DNA of 64,000 nucleotides, taken from assembly GCF_006345805.1 (NCBI RefSeq), contig NC_043003.1, forward strand, positions 102,424,001-102,488,000, read 5' to 3'. A program made the translations under genes and the position numbers. The notes beneath the pieces are model-generated. The model was not told where the DNA came from. It worked only from the letters and a program-made list of their open reading frames with translations, and searched no databases. The DNA comes from Octopus sinensis (taxonomy: Eukaryota). This document shows, piece after piece, positions 53,224 to 64,000 of this stretch; the stretch's first letter is position 1, and each line of letters begins with the position of its first letter.

Positions 53224-54120
53224 TACAAAAGCTTCCATGAAGTTGTTGTTGTACCCCCTCATTTGTCTATCATTAGTGCTATATTATCACTTAACCTTTC
53301 ACCTCCAACAATCATCATCATCATCATCATCATCATACTGCACCTAATAACGTTGCTGCTGCCACCGCAACAATGCAACAACAATTAGCAATATCGGTTG
53401 TTTTTGTTTTTAACCCTTACTATATCACCCCCACCCCTTTTCACAACAAACTCAATTACTACCACTCCACCACCACCACCACACCACCACCAACAACAAC
53501 AACATGTTATTAATCTTACTATTATCAACAACTTTATGACTACTAACTCTACTACCACCACAACAATATTTTCTACACCAACTACTTTATCAATGGGAAC
53601 CGTATCATCACCACCAACGTTATTATCCTCACTGCATCAACCGCTTTTATTCTTACAACCCTACCACCACCACCACCACCACCACCACCACCACCACCAC
53701 TAACAACAACAACAATACTATTACACCACATTGACCATTACTTCGAGTAAACACCAGCAACAACAACAACAACTGCTGTTATCCCAATCACTATAATCAC
53801 TTGGTTGAAAGAACAAGAGTGGAAAGGAGCAACTATCATCGTCTTCATCATCCTCATTTGCAAAATCATCATCATCATCATCATCATCAGCAGCAGCAGT
53901 AGCAACAGAAACAGCATCATGATGTGCAATAACAATAATTGTAACATCACCAGCAATGACAACGACAACCGCAACAACAATAAACTCGAGTCCGACAATA
54001 AAAACCACATCATCGTCATTAATTTCTTAAACAATAATTTCACCATTGCTTGCAAAAAACAACAACAGCAACAAATATAAAAGACAACATAGAAAGAACA
54101 GCAACCTCAACAACATTAAC
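53144..54120. repeat. ~1 kb of mixed trinucleotide low-complexity sequence (ATT, CAT, CCA, CAA)
   Basis: Direct inspection; it explains the poly-H/T/D/L ORFs. Confidence 0.9.
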
Positions 54121-54121
54121 G

Positions 54122-54158
<37 letters not shown>

Positions 54159-54831
54159 ATATATACATAAGAGAGAGAGAGAGAGATATGTGTGTACGTG
54201 TGCATGTGTGAGTATATATGTGTGTTTGTGTATCTGTGTGTGTGAGAGAGAGAGAGAGAGAGACTCTCAAGGTTACAACTGCAAAGAAAACTACCACTGC
54301 AATAACAACAGGTGAATGCGACAGAAGTGGGAAGAAGGGGTGAAGGAAAGCCAATTAAAGGGGTGAAAGAAAAAAATGTGGCGTGGCGAGGGTGAGGGAA
54401 ATGAAAACCAGCGTTCAAAGAAAGCATTAAAAACAACAACAATAACAAAAAGGTAATGATATCTATGTTAGCTTGTCCAATTAGTGAGATGAAAAGTTCT
54501 GTTGTAATCACTACCACTGGATCTTGTCAAGAAACAGACACAAATGACGGTTAGCTGGTGTTTCGGTTTGTTTTTTAATGGTTGTTGTAATAATTTTTAA
54601 TTTCTTTTTTGTTTACTTTTTGTATTGTGATTTTTTTATTTGGTTTTGTAAAATCTAAAATGGCCGCCATTCACAAAGATGATGTTGGTTGGAATGTGAG
54701 AACACTTTAAAAGGAAACAAATTAAGTACCGTCCTCCATGTTGTGTTGTCATGGTTTTTGCTTTAACATTTTTGTTTGAAAATATTTCCCTTTCTTTTCC
54801 CCTCCCCATTATTATTGTTATTATTATTATT

Positions 54832-55246
54832 AAGACGGCGAGCTGGCAAAATGCTTAGCGGCATTTTGTCCGTTTTCACTTTCTGAGTTCAGTTACCGCC
54901 GAGGTCAACTTGGCCTTTCATCCTTTCAGAGTCGATAAATCAATTACTAGTTGAACACCGAGGTCGATGTAATCGACTTTCTCCTCCCACAAAATTGCTG
55001 GATTTGTGCCAAAATTTGAAATCCTTATTAATATTATTAAGGTAGCAAGTTAGCAGAATCGTTAGCACGTCAGGCAAAATGCTTAGAGGCTTTTCGTCCG
55101 TCCTTACGTTCTGAGTTCAAATTTCGCCTAGGTAGACTTTGTCTTTCATCCTTTTGGGGGTCGATAAAATAAGTACCAGTAGAGCACAGGGGTCGATGTA
55201 ATCGACTTCCCTTAAAATACCTGGCCTTATTCCAAAATTTGAATAA
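54832..55246 (+). mobile_element. Two tandem SINE copies (11320 family)
   Basis: Heads taagacggcgagctggca (54832) and taaggtagcaagttagcag (~55038), each followed by ctttcatcct..gtcgataaa. Confidence 0.8.
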
Positions 55247-55299
55247 CCATTATTCATGCTAGCAGCGAGCAAGAGCGACGACTTTCTTGGGGAGGCTAA

Positions 55300-55600
55300 G
55301 CATCGACAAAAATCAATTCGTTGATCTTTCCAGAGGACATTCGCTCCAGCTTCTCACATCTAGACGCCATAGATTCTCACAGCCATTTCTGCTGCTACAG
55401 CTGCTATTATGGTCTCTGCTTCTCAGAGTTGCGCAGAGTTTATTGTACCTTTACACAGGTAATCCATTCATCATCACTCGTCTCTTTTCCACAGATATTT
55501 TCTAGGAATCTCTGGCCTGTTAATGCTACCAGTGGTGAGGTGCATTTCCAGTTCGAGATAAACTTTACAAGAAAGGGCTGGATCCACTGTTTTCGTGAGA
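55300..55600 (+). mobile_element. L2/CR1-type LINE 3' remnant
   Basis: PEDIRSSFSHLDAIDSHSHFCCYSCYYGLCFSELRRV resembles L..L.HRR.VASL.LFYRYY.G.CS.EL. Confidence 0.6.
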
Positions 55601-55639
55601 CCTAGGCCCGTGAGATCCTATCAACATTTACATGTTAAT

Positions 55640-56470
55640 GTTTGATGCTGTTACTCTCTGCAAGTCAATACCAGCAGTGAAGGCACGAGAAGAAAACAAG
55701 TTCTAGAAAGCCAACTCGCTGGGAAGGAAGGATTAGACATAGTGCCGAGTGTGGACCTTGGTGTGGGAGTGGACGGACAACAAAAGTGATGAACGGAGAA
55801 GGGACGAGTGATGGTGACGGGATTACCTGCCTAAAGGTGCCATAAGCTCTGTGCACCTCTGAGAAGCAGAGACCATAATACCAGCAAAAAAGGCTGTGAA
55901 AAGACATGACGTCTAGGTACGAGAAGCTGGAGTGAGGGATTTCATGTTAATCAGTCGGACTGGCCATTTCTGGATGCAGTCTAAGATAATTGAGTGTAGC
56001 AGTAGCAGCAGCATCCTAAATGTGAGGGTAGTACTCAATTACTATGGGCCTCCTTTGAGCTTTGTAGATTATTAAGCTGAGGTGTCTTCTGGACCCGAAG
56101 AGGAGCAGTGCTTGGGATGCGTTGCAAGCTGTCTTAACGATATGGTTTCGTCAAAAGAGATCCTTATCATTAGAAGCATTTGTGAAAGCTGCATTTGAAT
56201 GTTATTCACGAATACAGGCGAGTGGGTGCGATGATGATGATGCTTTATTTTTTCATGTGAGAAACGTTATGCAGTGTCTCAGAATAGGATCTAGGGCAAA
56301 ATAATAGGAATTGGTAAGTGGTAAGAGTCTGGTGAGGATGAAAACAGAATTGCTAGATATTAAGTTTAGAAGATATTTAAAGGGGAACTAGGAAATGGAA
56401 AGGAGTGTAGCTGGATCCGTGAAGACAGAAACGCTTGGTTGGTAGAGGACTGTGTAAAGATTAAAATTGT
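55640..56470 (-). mobile_element. L2/CR1-type LINE remnant
   Basis: Minus-strand IIYKAQRRPIVIEY (~56030-56075) then CWYYGLCFSEVHRAYGTFRQVIPSPSLV. Confidence 0.65.
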
Positions 56471-56508
56471 AGTGTAAACAGAGCACGCACACTCATACAT
56501 ACATATAT

Positions 56509-56900
56509 ATCTCTTCTCTCTATATATAAACGGCAGTTTGTCTGTGCGTGTTTCTGTGTGTCTGTTTGCTTGTACCCTCACCCTGACCACGGCTTTCAAC
56601 CGATTCTGATGAAACTTGACACACACATAGCCCAATGTCATAATTCAAAACTAACGCAGCGAAAATTTTGAAAAGTTCCCCCAGTTCTGAAAAAAATCGA
56701 TAAATTCGACATGGGGTCGAGAATCAGGAATACGAACCACAAACTGTCTAGGGGACGCAACTCTACCATTTTTAAATCTAAAAAAAAAATTTACCATCAT
56801 TTTTTTCCATTGTTTTGCTATTTTTTGGCTATAACTCTCTAAAAATGCTTTATAGTTATTTCCCTTACAAACCTGAGCAACGCCGGGCGATACTGCTAGT
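56509..56900 (+). mobile_element. Helentron/DINE-like element, apparently complete
   Basis: Starts atctcttctctctatatataaacggcag with gtctgt repeats and the caaccgattctgatgaaacttgac core; ends gagcaacgccgggcgatactgctagt. Confidence 0.75.
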
Positions 56901-57157
56901 CTATAATAATAAGTCGTTTTGACTTGTACACTTTATTTCGCCTTACTGCTTATTCAACAAGTTTAGTTGAATAAACCACCAGGCGATGCTTACACTTCTA
57001 GTTAAAATCATTTTGGAAATAAATTCAGTATTGAGTCTCTCCATCATTAAATGTTCTGTTGTTATACTTAAAATTGCTTTAAAAATTCCCTTGATTTAGC
57101 ACACAAACATATATGTGCGCTTGTCTATGTATGTATGTATGTATGTATGTATGTATG

Positions 57158-57188
<31 letters not shown>

Positions 57189-57195
57189 GTAAGTA

Positions 57196-57230
<35 letters not shown>

Positions 57231-57384
57231 ATGTATGTATATATAATGTTTCTAAGTCAAGACTTACAGGGAAGACATGACCAAAGAGGGAATTACAAAA
57301 GCAAATGCATTTATATTTTTGAGATGAGGAATTACGTACATTATTTACAATAGACGGATATGTGTCCTCATCTTGTTTGTTGTT

Positions 57385-57430
57385 ATCACAACATTTCGGC
57401 TTATGTTCTCTCCAGCCTTCATCAGGTGTT
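57385..57430 (-). ncRNA. Minimal type I hammerhead ribozyme-like motif with intact core
   Basis: AACAC-CUGAUGA-A-GGCU(..)AGCC-GAAAU-GUU-GUGAU. Confidence 0.6.
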
Positions 57431-57483
57431 CTGCTAGAGTTTCAAAGCCAACCCTTTCTTTGACTAATAAACAGACCAATAAG

Positions 57484-57900
57484 CAGGAGTGGTTGTGTGG
57501 TAAGTAGCTTGCTTACCAACCACATAGTTCCAGGTTCAGTCCCACTGCGTGGCACCTTGGGCAAGTGTCTTCTACTATAGCCTCGGGCCGACCAAAGCCT
57601 TGTGAGTGGATTCGGTGGATGGAAACTGAAAGAAGCTCGTCGTATATATGTGTGTGTGTGTGTCTACGTGTCAGTGTTTGCCCCCGCCCCCCTCCAACAT
57701 CGCTTGACAACCGATGCTGGTGTGTTTACGTCCCCGTAACTTAGCGATTCGACAAAACAGACCAATAGACTAGGCTTACAACAGACCAACAGACTAGGCT
57801 TACAAAGAATAAGTCTTGGTGTCGATTTGATCGACTAAAGGCGGTGCTCCAGCATGGCCACAGTCAAATGACTGAAACAAGTAAGAGAGTAAAAGAGAGT
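57484..57900 (+). mobile_element. tRNA-derived SINE (same family as 26540)
   Basis: gcaggagtggttgtgtggtaagtagc..ggttcagtccc..ggcggtgctccagcatggccacagtcaaatgactgaaacaagtaag. Confidence 0.88.
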
Positions 57901-57945
57901 GTACCCCATTAGTCAAATAAAGGGTCGGGTTCGAAATTCCACCAG

Positions 57946-57990
57946 AACAGCTGATGAAGGTTGGAGAGTATATCAGCCGAAACGTGATAA
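57946..57990 (+). ncRNA. Hammerhead-like motif, inverted partner of 57385-57430, cleavage site lost
   Basis: CUGAUGA-A-GGUUG(gagaguauau)CAGCC-GAAAC-GUG; 3 nt missing relative to the left copy. Confidence 0.5.
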
Positions 57991-58268
57991 CAACAAACAA
58001 GGTGAGGCCACCAATCCGTCCATTGTTATTGTGTCTTATATACTATACTTATCACCTCAAATAGACTCAGAAAGATAGGCATATATTCATCAAGTAGGAC
58101 CCACACTCAATTTTCCGAAGTTGTTGGTAAGTATATTATTCAATTAAAAAAGAAATTAGAAACACATTATTCCGATATTTATATACAGGTGTAACTGGAT
58201 ACCCTTCCTAAAAAGAAATTCTTAACTGTGAAATATCTGTAAGCATGCGTGTGTGATTAATACATGGA

Positions 58269-58269
58269 A

Positions 58270-58344
<75 letters not shown>

Positions 58345-58345
58345 A

Positions 58346-58391
<46 letters not shown>

Positions 58392-58404
58392 GGATGGATG
58401 GATG

Positions 58405-58455
<51 letters not shown>
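58269..58455. repeat. (TAGA)n tetranucleotide microsatellite
   Basis: Direct inspection. Confidence 0.97.
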
Positions 58456-58599
58456 GGTTATGCATGTTGCTAAGTGAATAAATGTATTCATAGATAAGTG
58501 GGTAGAAAGGTTTAGCCGAAAGTCCGTCAGACTGCACCCATTGGGAGAATAATTAGAAACAACATTCCATCGCTAAACTTTAAACACCTCGCTTTATCT

Positions 58600-59480
58600 T
58601 GTTCGCATAGTAAGCTACGGAATTCTTATTTCCTGTAATTCAGACCGCCTCATGGTCCCGGCAGACAAAATGGAAAAGGTGTTGACTCGGAGGATGGCGA
58701 GGGAGATGCTCTGGAACACCCACTCTGACAAACACTCGCGGTGAGCAAGGGTGTGGTCCGGGGCCGAGAACGCCGGAGGTCTCCACTCCCAAAGGCTCAA
58801 CCAAAAACCGATACTTTGACAGTTTGCTTTTCTCAGCCTGACGAGTAGCGGCGCCTGGGCTGGTAGTTGAACACACTAAGTTGCCACTGGAGAAAGTATC
58901 ACAGTAGGTGGCATCCCAGACGAGGGCCTACCGCTAAGGAATGGGAAAATTGTCATATCGTCATGCTTCTTACCATACCTATTTCTCTATTACCCACAAG
59001 GGGCCAAACACAGAGGGGACAAACAAGGACAGGCATAGGTATTAAGTCGATTACATCGACCCCAGTGCGTAACTGGTACTTAATTTATCGACCCCGAAAG
59101 GATGAAAGGCAAAGTCGACCTCGGCGAAATTTGAACTCACAACGTAACGCAGACGAAATACTGCTAAGCATTTCGCCCGGCGTGCTAACGTTTCTGCCAG
59201 CTCGCCGCCTTACATGCTTTTTACCATACCCTCGGTCTAACCCCGCAGGCTTGAGCTGAGAAGGAAAGCCTGCACCGTGTAGACCATGCTTTTTATGATT
59301 CTGTTAAAGGCGACATGATAGCCTGACAATGGGAGGTGGGGCCGAAAGAACCTACAGTGGATCGGCAGTGGCATTCGTTAGACTCAGACTTGGAGGCTGA
59401 ACCTCAGAGAAACGCCGATGCGCAGACAGTCATAAATACTTGCATATACCAGTTAAGCATGCTCACGTATACCTTGCTAT
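58600..59480 (-). mobile_element. CRE-like non-LTR retrotransposon remnant (REL endonuclease region), split by a SINE
   Basis: After removing the SINE, the minus strand reads LRIGVSLR..GAGFPSQLKPAGLDRGYGKKHDDMTIFPFLSGRP / LVWDATYCDTF..GAATRQAEKSKLSKY..PLGVETSGVLGP / EWVFQSISLAILRVNTFSIL, with frameshifts. Confidence 0.8.
58980..59212 (-). mobile_element. SINE (11320 family) with 18-bp target-site duplication
   Basis: catgcttcttaccatacc (58962-58979) and catgctttttaccatacc (59213-59230). Confidence 0.9.
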
Positions 59481-59746
59481 CAGATACACGTGAATATTTA
59501 AACACTAACGCACATCATGTGTGTGTGTGTGGGGGGGGGGGGCATGGCGATACGAACACGTATAATATAAGTCAATGATATGCAGTTCAAGAATAAATGT
59601 ATTTTAAAATTTATTGGTGTAACAACAGTTAAGCCACCGAAGAGATTCGACCTCCGACAGTTTCTTGCACTGCACTTAACAAACTCTGATAAGAGTCACT
59701 CTTGTATTAATATATATAATATAATATATATTATATATATATATAT

Positions 59747-59802
<56 letters not shown>

Positions 59803-60557
59803 ATAGGTTTAAAGTATTAGCCTTAACCCCCAGCTTCCCCACTTCTGCTCTGATTATGTAACTTGAAATAGCATTGAAATGTTTTGGCAGGTATTACCAA
59901 CTCACCATTTACACACATGCACACACGCACGCAAACGCATACGCACACGCAAACACACACACACACACACACACTTCAAAACAAACTCATCATGGCACAT
60001 CATCTCAGAAATATATACCTATAGGCCGCGAGCCAAAGAGCGAACCTTGACGCAGCCGTTTAACCTAGTAGAAGTAGCAGCCACATACTCCTATAACACT
60101 ATCATTTATATAAATAGAAAGGATATATGAGATATATATAAGAATAATCCCACCGACCACAATGGTACTCGATCCGTATTGACCTGGATTTAAGCAAATC
60201 CACGTCTAAAGGCTGACGGGAATTTCATCAAGAGGAAATAACTCTAAACTTACTATTTTGCATAGAATAACATACAAGTATTATTTCAACGGAAGGAAAC
60301 TAACATCAGATGGTATAATTAAAAGTATTAAGTGATTTCAGTGAACACAAAGAAATTGCATACATACATTCAGCTCTCTCTCTCTCTCTTTCTACTACAC
60401 CACACACATACACAAATGTATAGTAAAGCATTTTGATGTAGCGGACATGGGGTCTACTACAGTATTTCTTTACGCCCTCGCTTCGGGGCATATTTTTTAC
60501 TTTAAAAGTTTATAAGAAGGAAAGAGGTGAGGAGGATGGAAATAAATAAATAAATAA

Positions 60558-60596
<39 letters not shown>

Positions 60597-60598
60597 TA

Positions 60599-60636
<38 letters not shown>

Positions 60637-60974
60637 TGTGTGTGTGATGTATGTATGTATGTAGTATTTTTATCTATGTATGTATGTATGCATGTATGTA
60701 TAAACAAAATACATTCGTATATATATTAATATATATAAAGGAATAAAAAAGGAAAAATCTAGATAAGCTTTGGTTTATTTTTTTCCTTACCTATCATTTA
60801 TGATCATTAATACCCATAATCACATATAGGTAAGACACCCGTTAATTCATTGGGTACAAGTATCCCTTAGTGGTTGTATCCTCTAACGTACCTCACCTCT
60901 CTCTCTCTCTCCCTCTCCCATTCTCTCTCTCCCCTTCTCCCCTCTCTCTCTATATATATATACTTGTAGGTATA

Positions 60975-61017
60975 TGTATATATATATGCACATAAATGTA
61001 TGCCTATATATATGTAG

Positions 61018-61061
<44 letters not shown>

Positions 61062-61620
61062 CTATCTACTATCTATCTATCTATCTATCTATCTGTATGT
61101 ATGTATGTATCTATCTATGTATGTATGTATGTATGTATGTATGTATTATTTCTGTATGTATGTATGTATGTATGTATGTGTATACATGTACATAGTATAT
61201 ATATATCTAGATATATGTATACACATGTATGTAGATATCTATATGTACGTATATATATATATATAATATATATAATATATATTATATATATTGTGTGTGG
61301 TGTGTGTGTGTGTGTGTAGATATATATATATATGTATATTGTTAGTCCGAACGGTGGTGACTTCTGGGACTGAGGAAAGAGGTACGAATGACCTGTCTTT
61401 TTTTTTTTGCCTGTCCTTCTAATTGTTATTTCTCTTGTCCGCCTTGTATCGTCTATCTGTTGGAATGTTTAATTGTACTCTACTGCGTTTTTCTTTCATA
61501 TGTGTGTGTGTGTGGTGTGTGTATACGGTATATATATATATATATGTGTGTGTTATATATATATATATATACATATATGTATATATATATGCACATAAAT
61601 GTATTGCTATATATATGTAG

Positions 61621-61696
<76 letters not shown>

Positions 61697-62147
61697 TGTA
61701 TGTATGTATGTATCTATCTATCTGTATGTATGTATGTATGTATGTATGTATGTATGTATGTATGTATGTATGTATGTGTATAAATGTACATAGTATATAT
61801 ATATCTAGATATAGTATACACATGTATGTAGATATCTATATGTACGTATATATATATATATAATATATATAATATATATTATATATATTGTGTGTGGTGT
61901 GTGTGTGTGTGTGTAGATATATATATATATGTATATTTGTTAGTCCGAAACGGTGGTGACTTCTGGGACTGAGGAAAGAAGGGTACGAATGACCTGTCTT
62001 TTTTTTTTTGCCTGTCCTTCTAATTGTTATTTCTCTTGTCCGCCTTGTATCGTCTATCTGTTGGAATGTTTAATTGTACTCTACTGCGTTTTTCTTCCAT
62101 ATGTGTGTGTGTGTGTGTGTGTATACGTGTATATATATATATATATG

Positions 62148-62178
<31 letters not shown>

Positions 62179-62190
62179 GTATATATATAT
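60975..62190. repeat. ~600-bp tandem duplication of microsatellite-rich sequence
   Basis: gcacataaatgta at ~60988 and ~61591; gttagtccgaa at ~61341 and ~61939; acctgtctttt at ~61391 and ~61991. Confidence 0.9.
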
Positions 62191-62214
62191 ACGTATATAC
62201 ATAGATATATATGT

Positions 62215-63119
62215 AGAAAATCGGTGTGTGTTTGTTTGTGGCATTGTTAGCTAACTTCTCCGACATCGTTTTATTGATTTTGATGAAACTTGACACATGA
62301 GTAGAACTCATGTCTGGAAATCCTCGTGACATACTTAGATTGTTGAAAAAAGTCGATAATAGGGCCCTTCCAATGGATCCTTCTATCTACTACATATACT
62401 AATATTTTACTTAAACAACCCAAGGAAAATAACCAATACCACCAACAGATTTTAGCAAAGCGATCAATATTTGATTCTCACGATCAGCCGACTTAATTTT
62501 GCATTTCACTACTCTCAGTTTTGAACGGCTAAACATTATTTTTGCATTTCCTTAATTTGATTCTTAAACTGTAAAGACTTCATTCATACATTTCTATACA
62601 CACATACTTTTTTGAATGCCCATTATTCCGATGATTCTGTATTTTTACAGTTACACTTTTTCCATGACAGTAGATAATTTTTTTTATTCCACATCGTTTT
62701 TTTTAGTGGCTTCATGCAGGCATAGCGTGAATTTGATCCTTGATTGCCAAATTTCGCTTAACACTTCAACGGCGCTTTTCTCACGGTAAAACAATAGTTT
62801 TTCTGTGAATGACAGCAGTTATACATTCCCCAGATGCTTTTGCTAAGTAGAATAATGTCTTTGCTTCGCGCCAACCTCCGACAATCTCTCTCACCAACCT
62901 CCGACAATCTTTCTCACCAACCTCCGAAAACCCCTCTCGCCAACTTCCAACAATCTCTCCCTCCTCCAGCTGACAATTTTTTCTACTTTTTCTTGGCGGA
63001 AAATACACCTTTTGTGGCAGTTATAACGAAATTGCTTTCTTATATCAGAGTAATATGGCGTTTCAATAGAACATCTTTAGAACATCTTTATCCTCGGGAA
63101 TTACCGGGCACATAAGCTA

Positions 63120-63121
<2 letters not shown>
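62215..63121 (+). mobile_element. Helentron/DINE-like element with four internal 23-bp tandem repeats
   Basis: Core attgattttgatgaaacttgacaca (compare 56605); ccaacctccgacaatctctctca x4 at 62871-62962; end accgggcacataagctagt followed by (TA)n. Confidence 0.6.
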
Positions 63122-63215
<94 letters not shown>

Positions 63216-63868
63216 AGTAGGTGTATGATATAAATAGAGAGAGAGAGAACGAGGGAGGGTGTTGGATCCTCTAAAGACTAGCAAAGCAATTTAGAAATGT
63301 GAAACCTTCAGGTCCATAATTCAGTGTTGTGTTAGGTTTCCTCGATATAGGTTACATAACATACTAACAACACAGAAGTCTCAGTTTCAGCAGCGTGTCC
63401 ACGTGTCTGTAAACATATATATCCGTGATTTCTAAGTGTACTATTAGATAGATATATATAGTCGACAACTATTGAAAAGACGCAACGAACATTTTTGAAA
63501 ATTTTAGAAAAATAAACAAGTAAATGAGTGGAAATTTTACCGGTGCGTGTGTTAAATTATAAGGCACTAAAAGAGAATGACTCTCCCCTGACACAACAGT
63601 ATATATATGTGTATATAATATATATATATATATATTATATATATATATATATATTATATATATATATATATATCAGCAGTGGCTGAGAGAAACAGAATAG
63701 GGTGTTAAAGCGTTGTTAAGGAAACCAGTCAATATGAAGCTAACGAAACCACTTGCTACCTACTCACCATCAAACCAGCCTCCATATCAACCATTTCTGA
63801 GCGATACCCACCACCCCTTACCATTGACAGATACGCAACACGCACACACACACACACACACACATAAT

Positions 63869-63900
<32 letters not shown>

Positions 63901-64000
63901 AATATAACAACAAAGTGAATGAACTCATTCAATGGAATGACGGTATTTCTACATGATTTAGGGTGATAGAGAGCGAGAGATATGAAGCCTGAAAGAGGTG

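Noticed and set aside
64-63907. Dozens of ORFs rich in HT, IY, CV, YL, poly-H, poly-L or poly-T
   Set aside because: They are translations of (CA)n, (TA)n, (TATC)n and trinucleotide microsatellites and carry no domain signal.

Overview
AT-rich eukaryotic genomic DNA, dense in microsatellites and transposon debris. The SINE/LINE repertoire looks like that of an octopod cephalopod (recognition, not a database match). I can support no intact protein-coding gene; nearly all listed ORFs are translations of (CA)n/(TA)n/(TACA)n/(CAT)n repeats. Recognisable coding remnants are all transposon-derived: RTE, CR1 and L2/CR1-type LINEs, two Penelope-like GIY-YIG endonuclease fragments, a CRE-like REL-endonuclease retrotransposon, a mariner C-terminus and a Helitron PIF1 helicase fragment. 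The window also holds tRNA-derived SINEs, Helentron/DINE-like elements, TTAA-type MITEs and several foldback elements. The most interesting structures are (1) minimal hammerhead-ribozyme-like motifs in outward-facing inverted terminal repeats, one pair around a Penelope-like endonuclease (25.9-27.6 kb) and one pair around a SINE (57.4-58.0 kb); (2) a 76-nt tRNA-like sequence that exactly fills the loop of a foldback element (1.27-1.52 kb); (3) a ~544-bp tandem array that switches orientation mid-array (28.2-31.3 kb); and (4) an apparent CpG-poor to CpG-rich transition near 47 kb. Coordinates were read by eye and may be off by a few bases; identity values are visual estimates.
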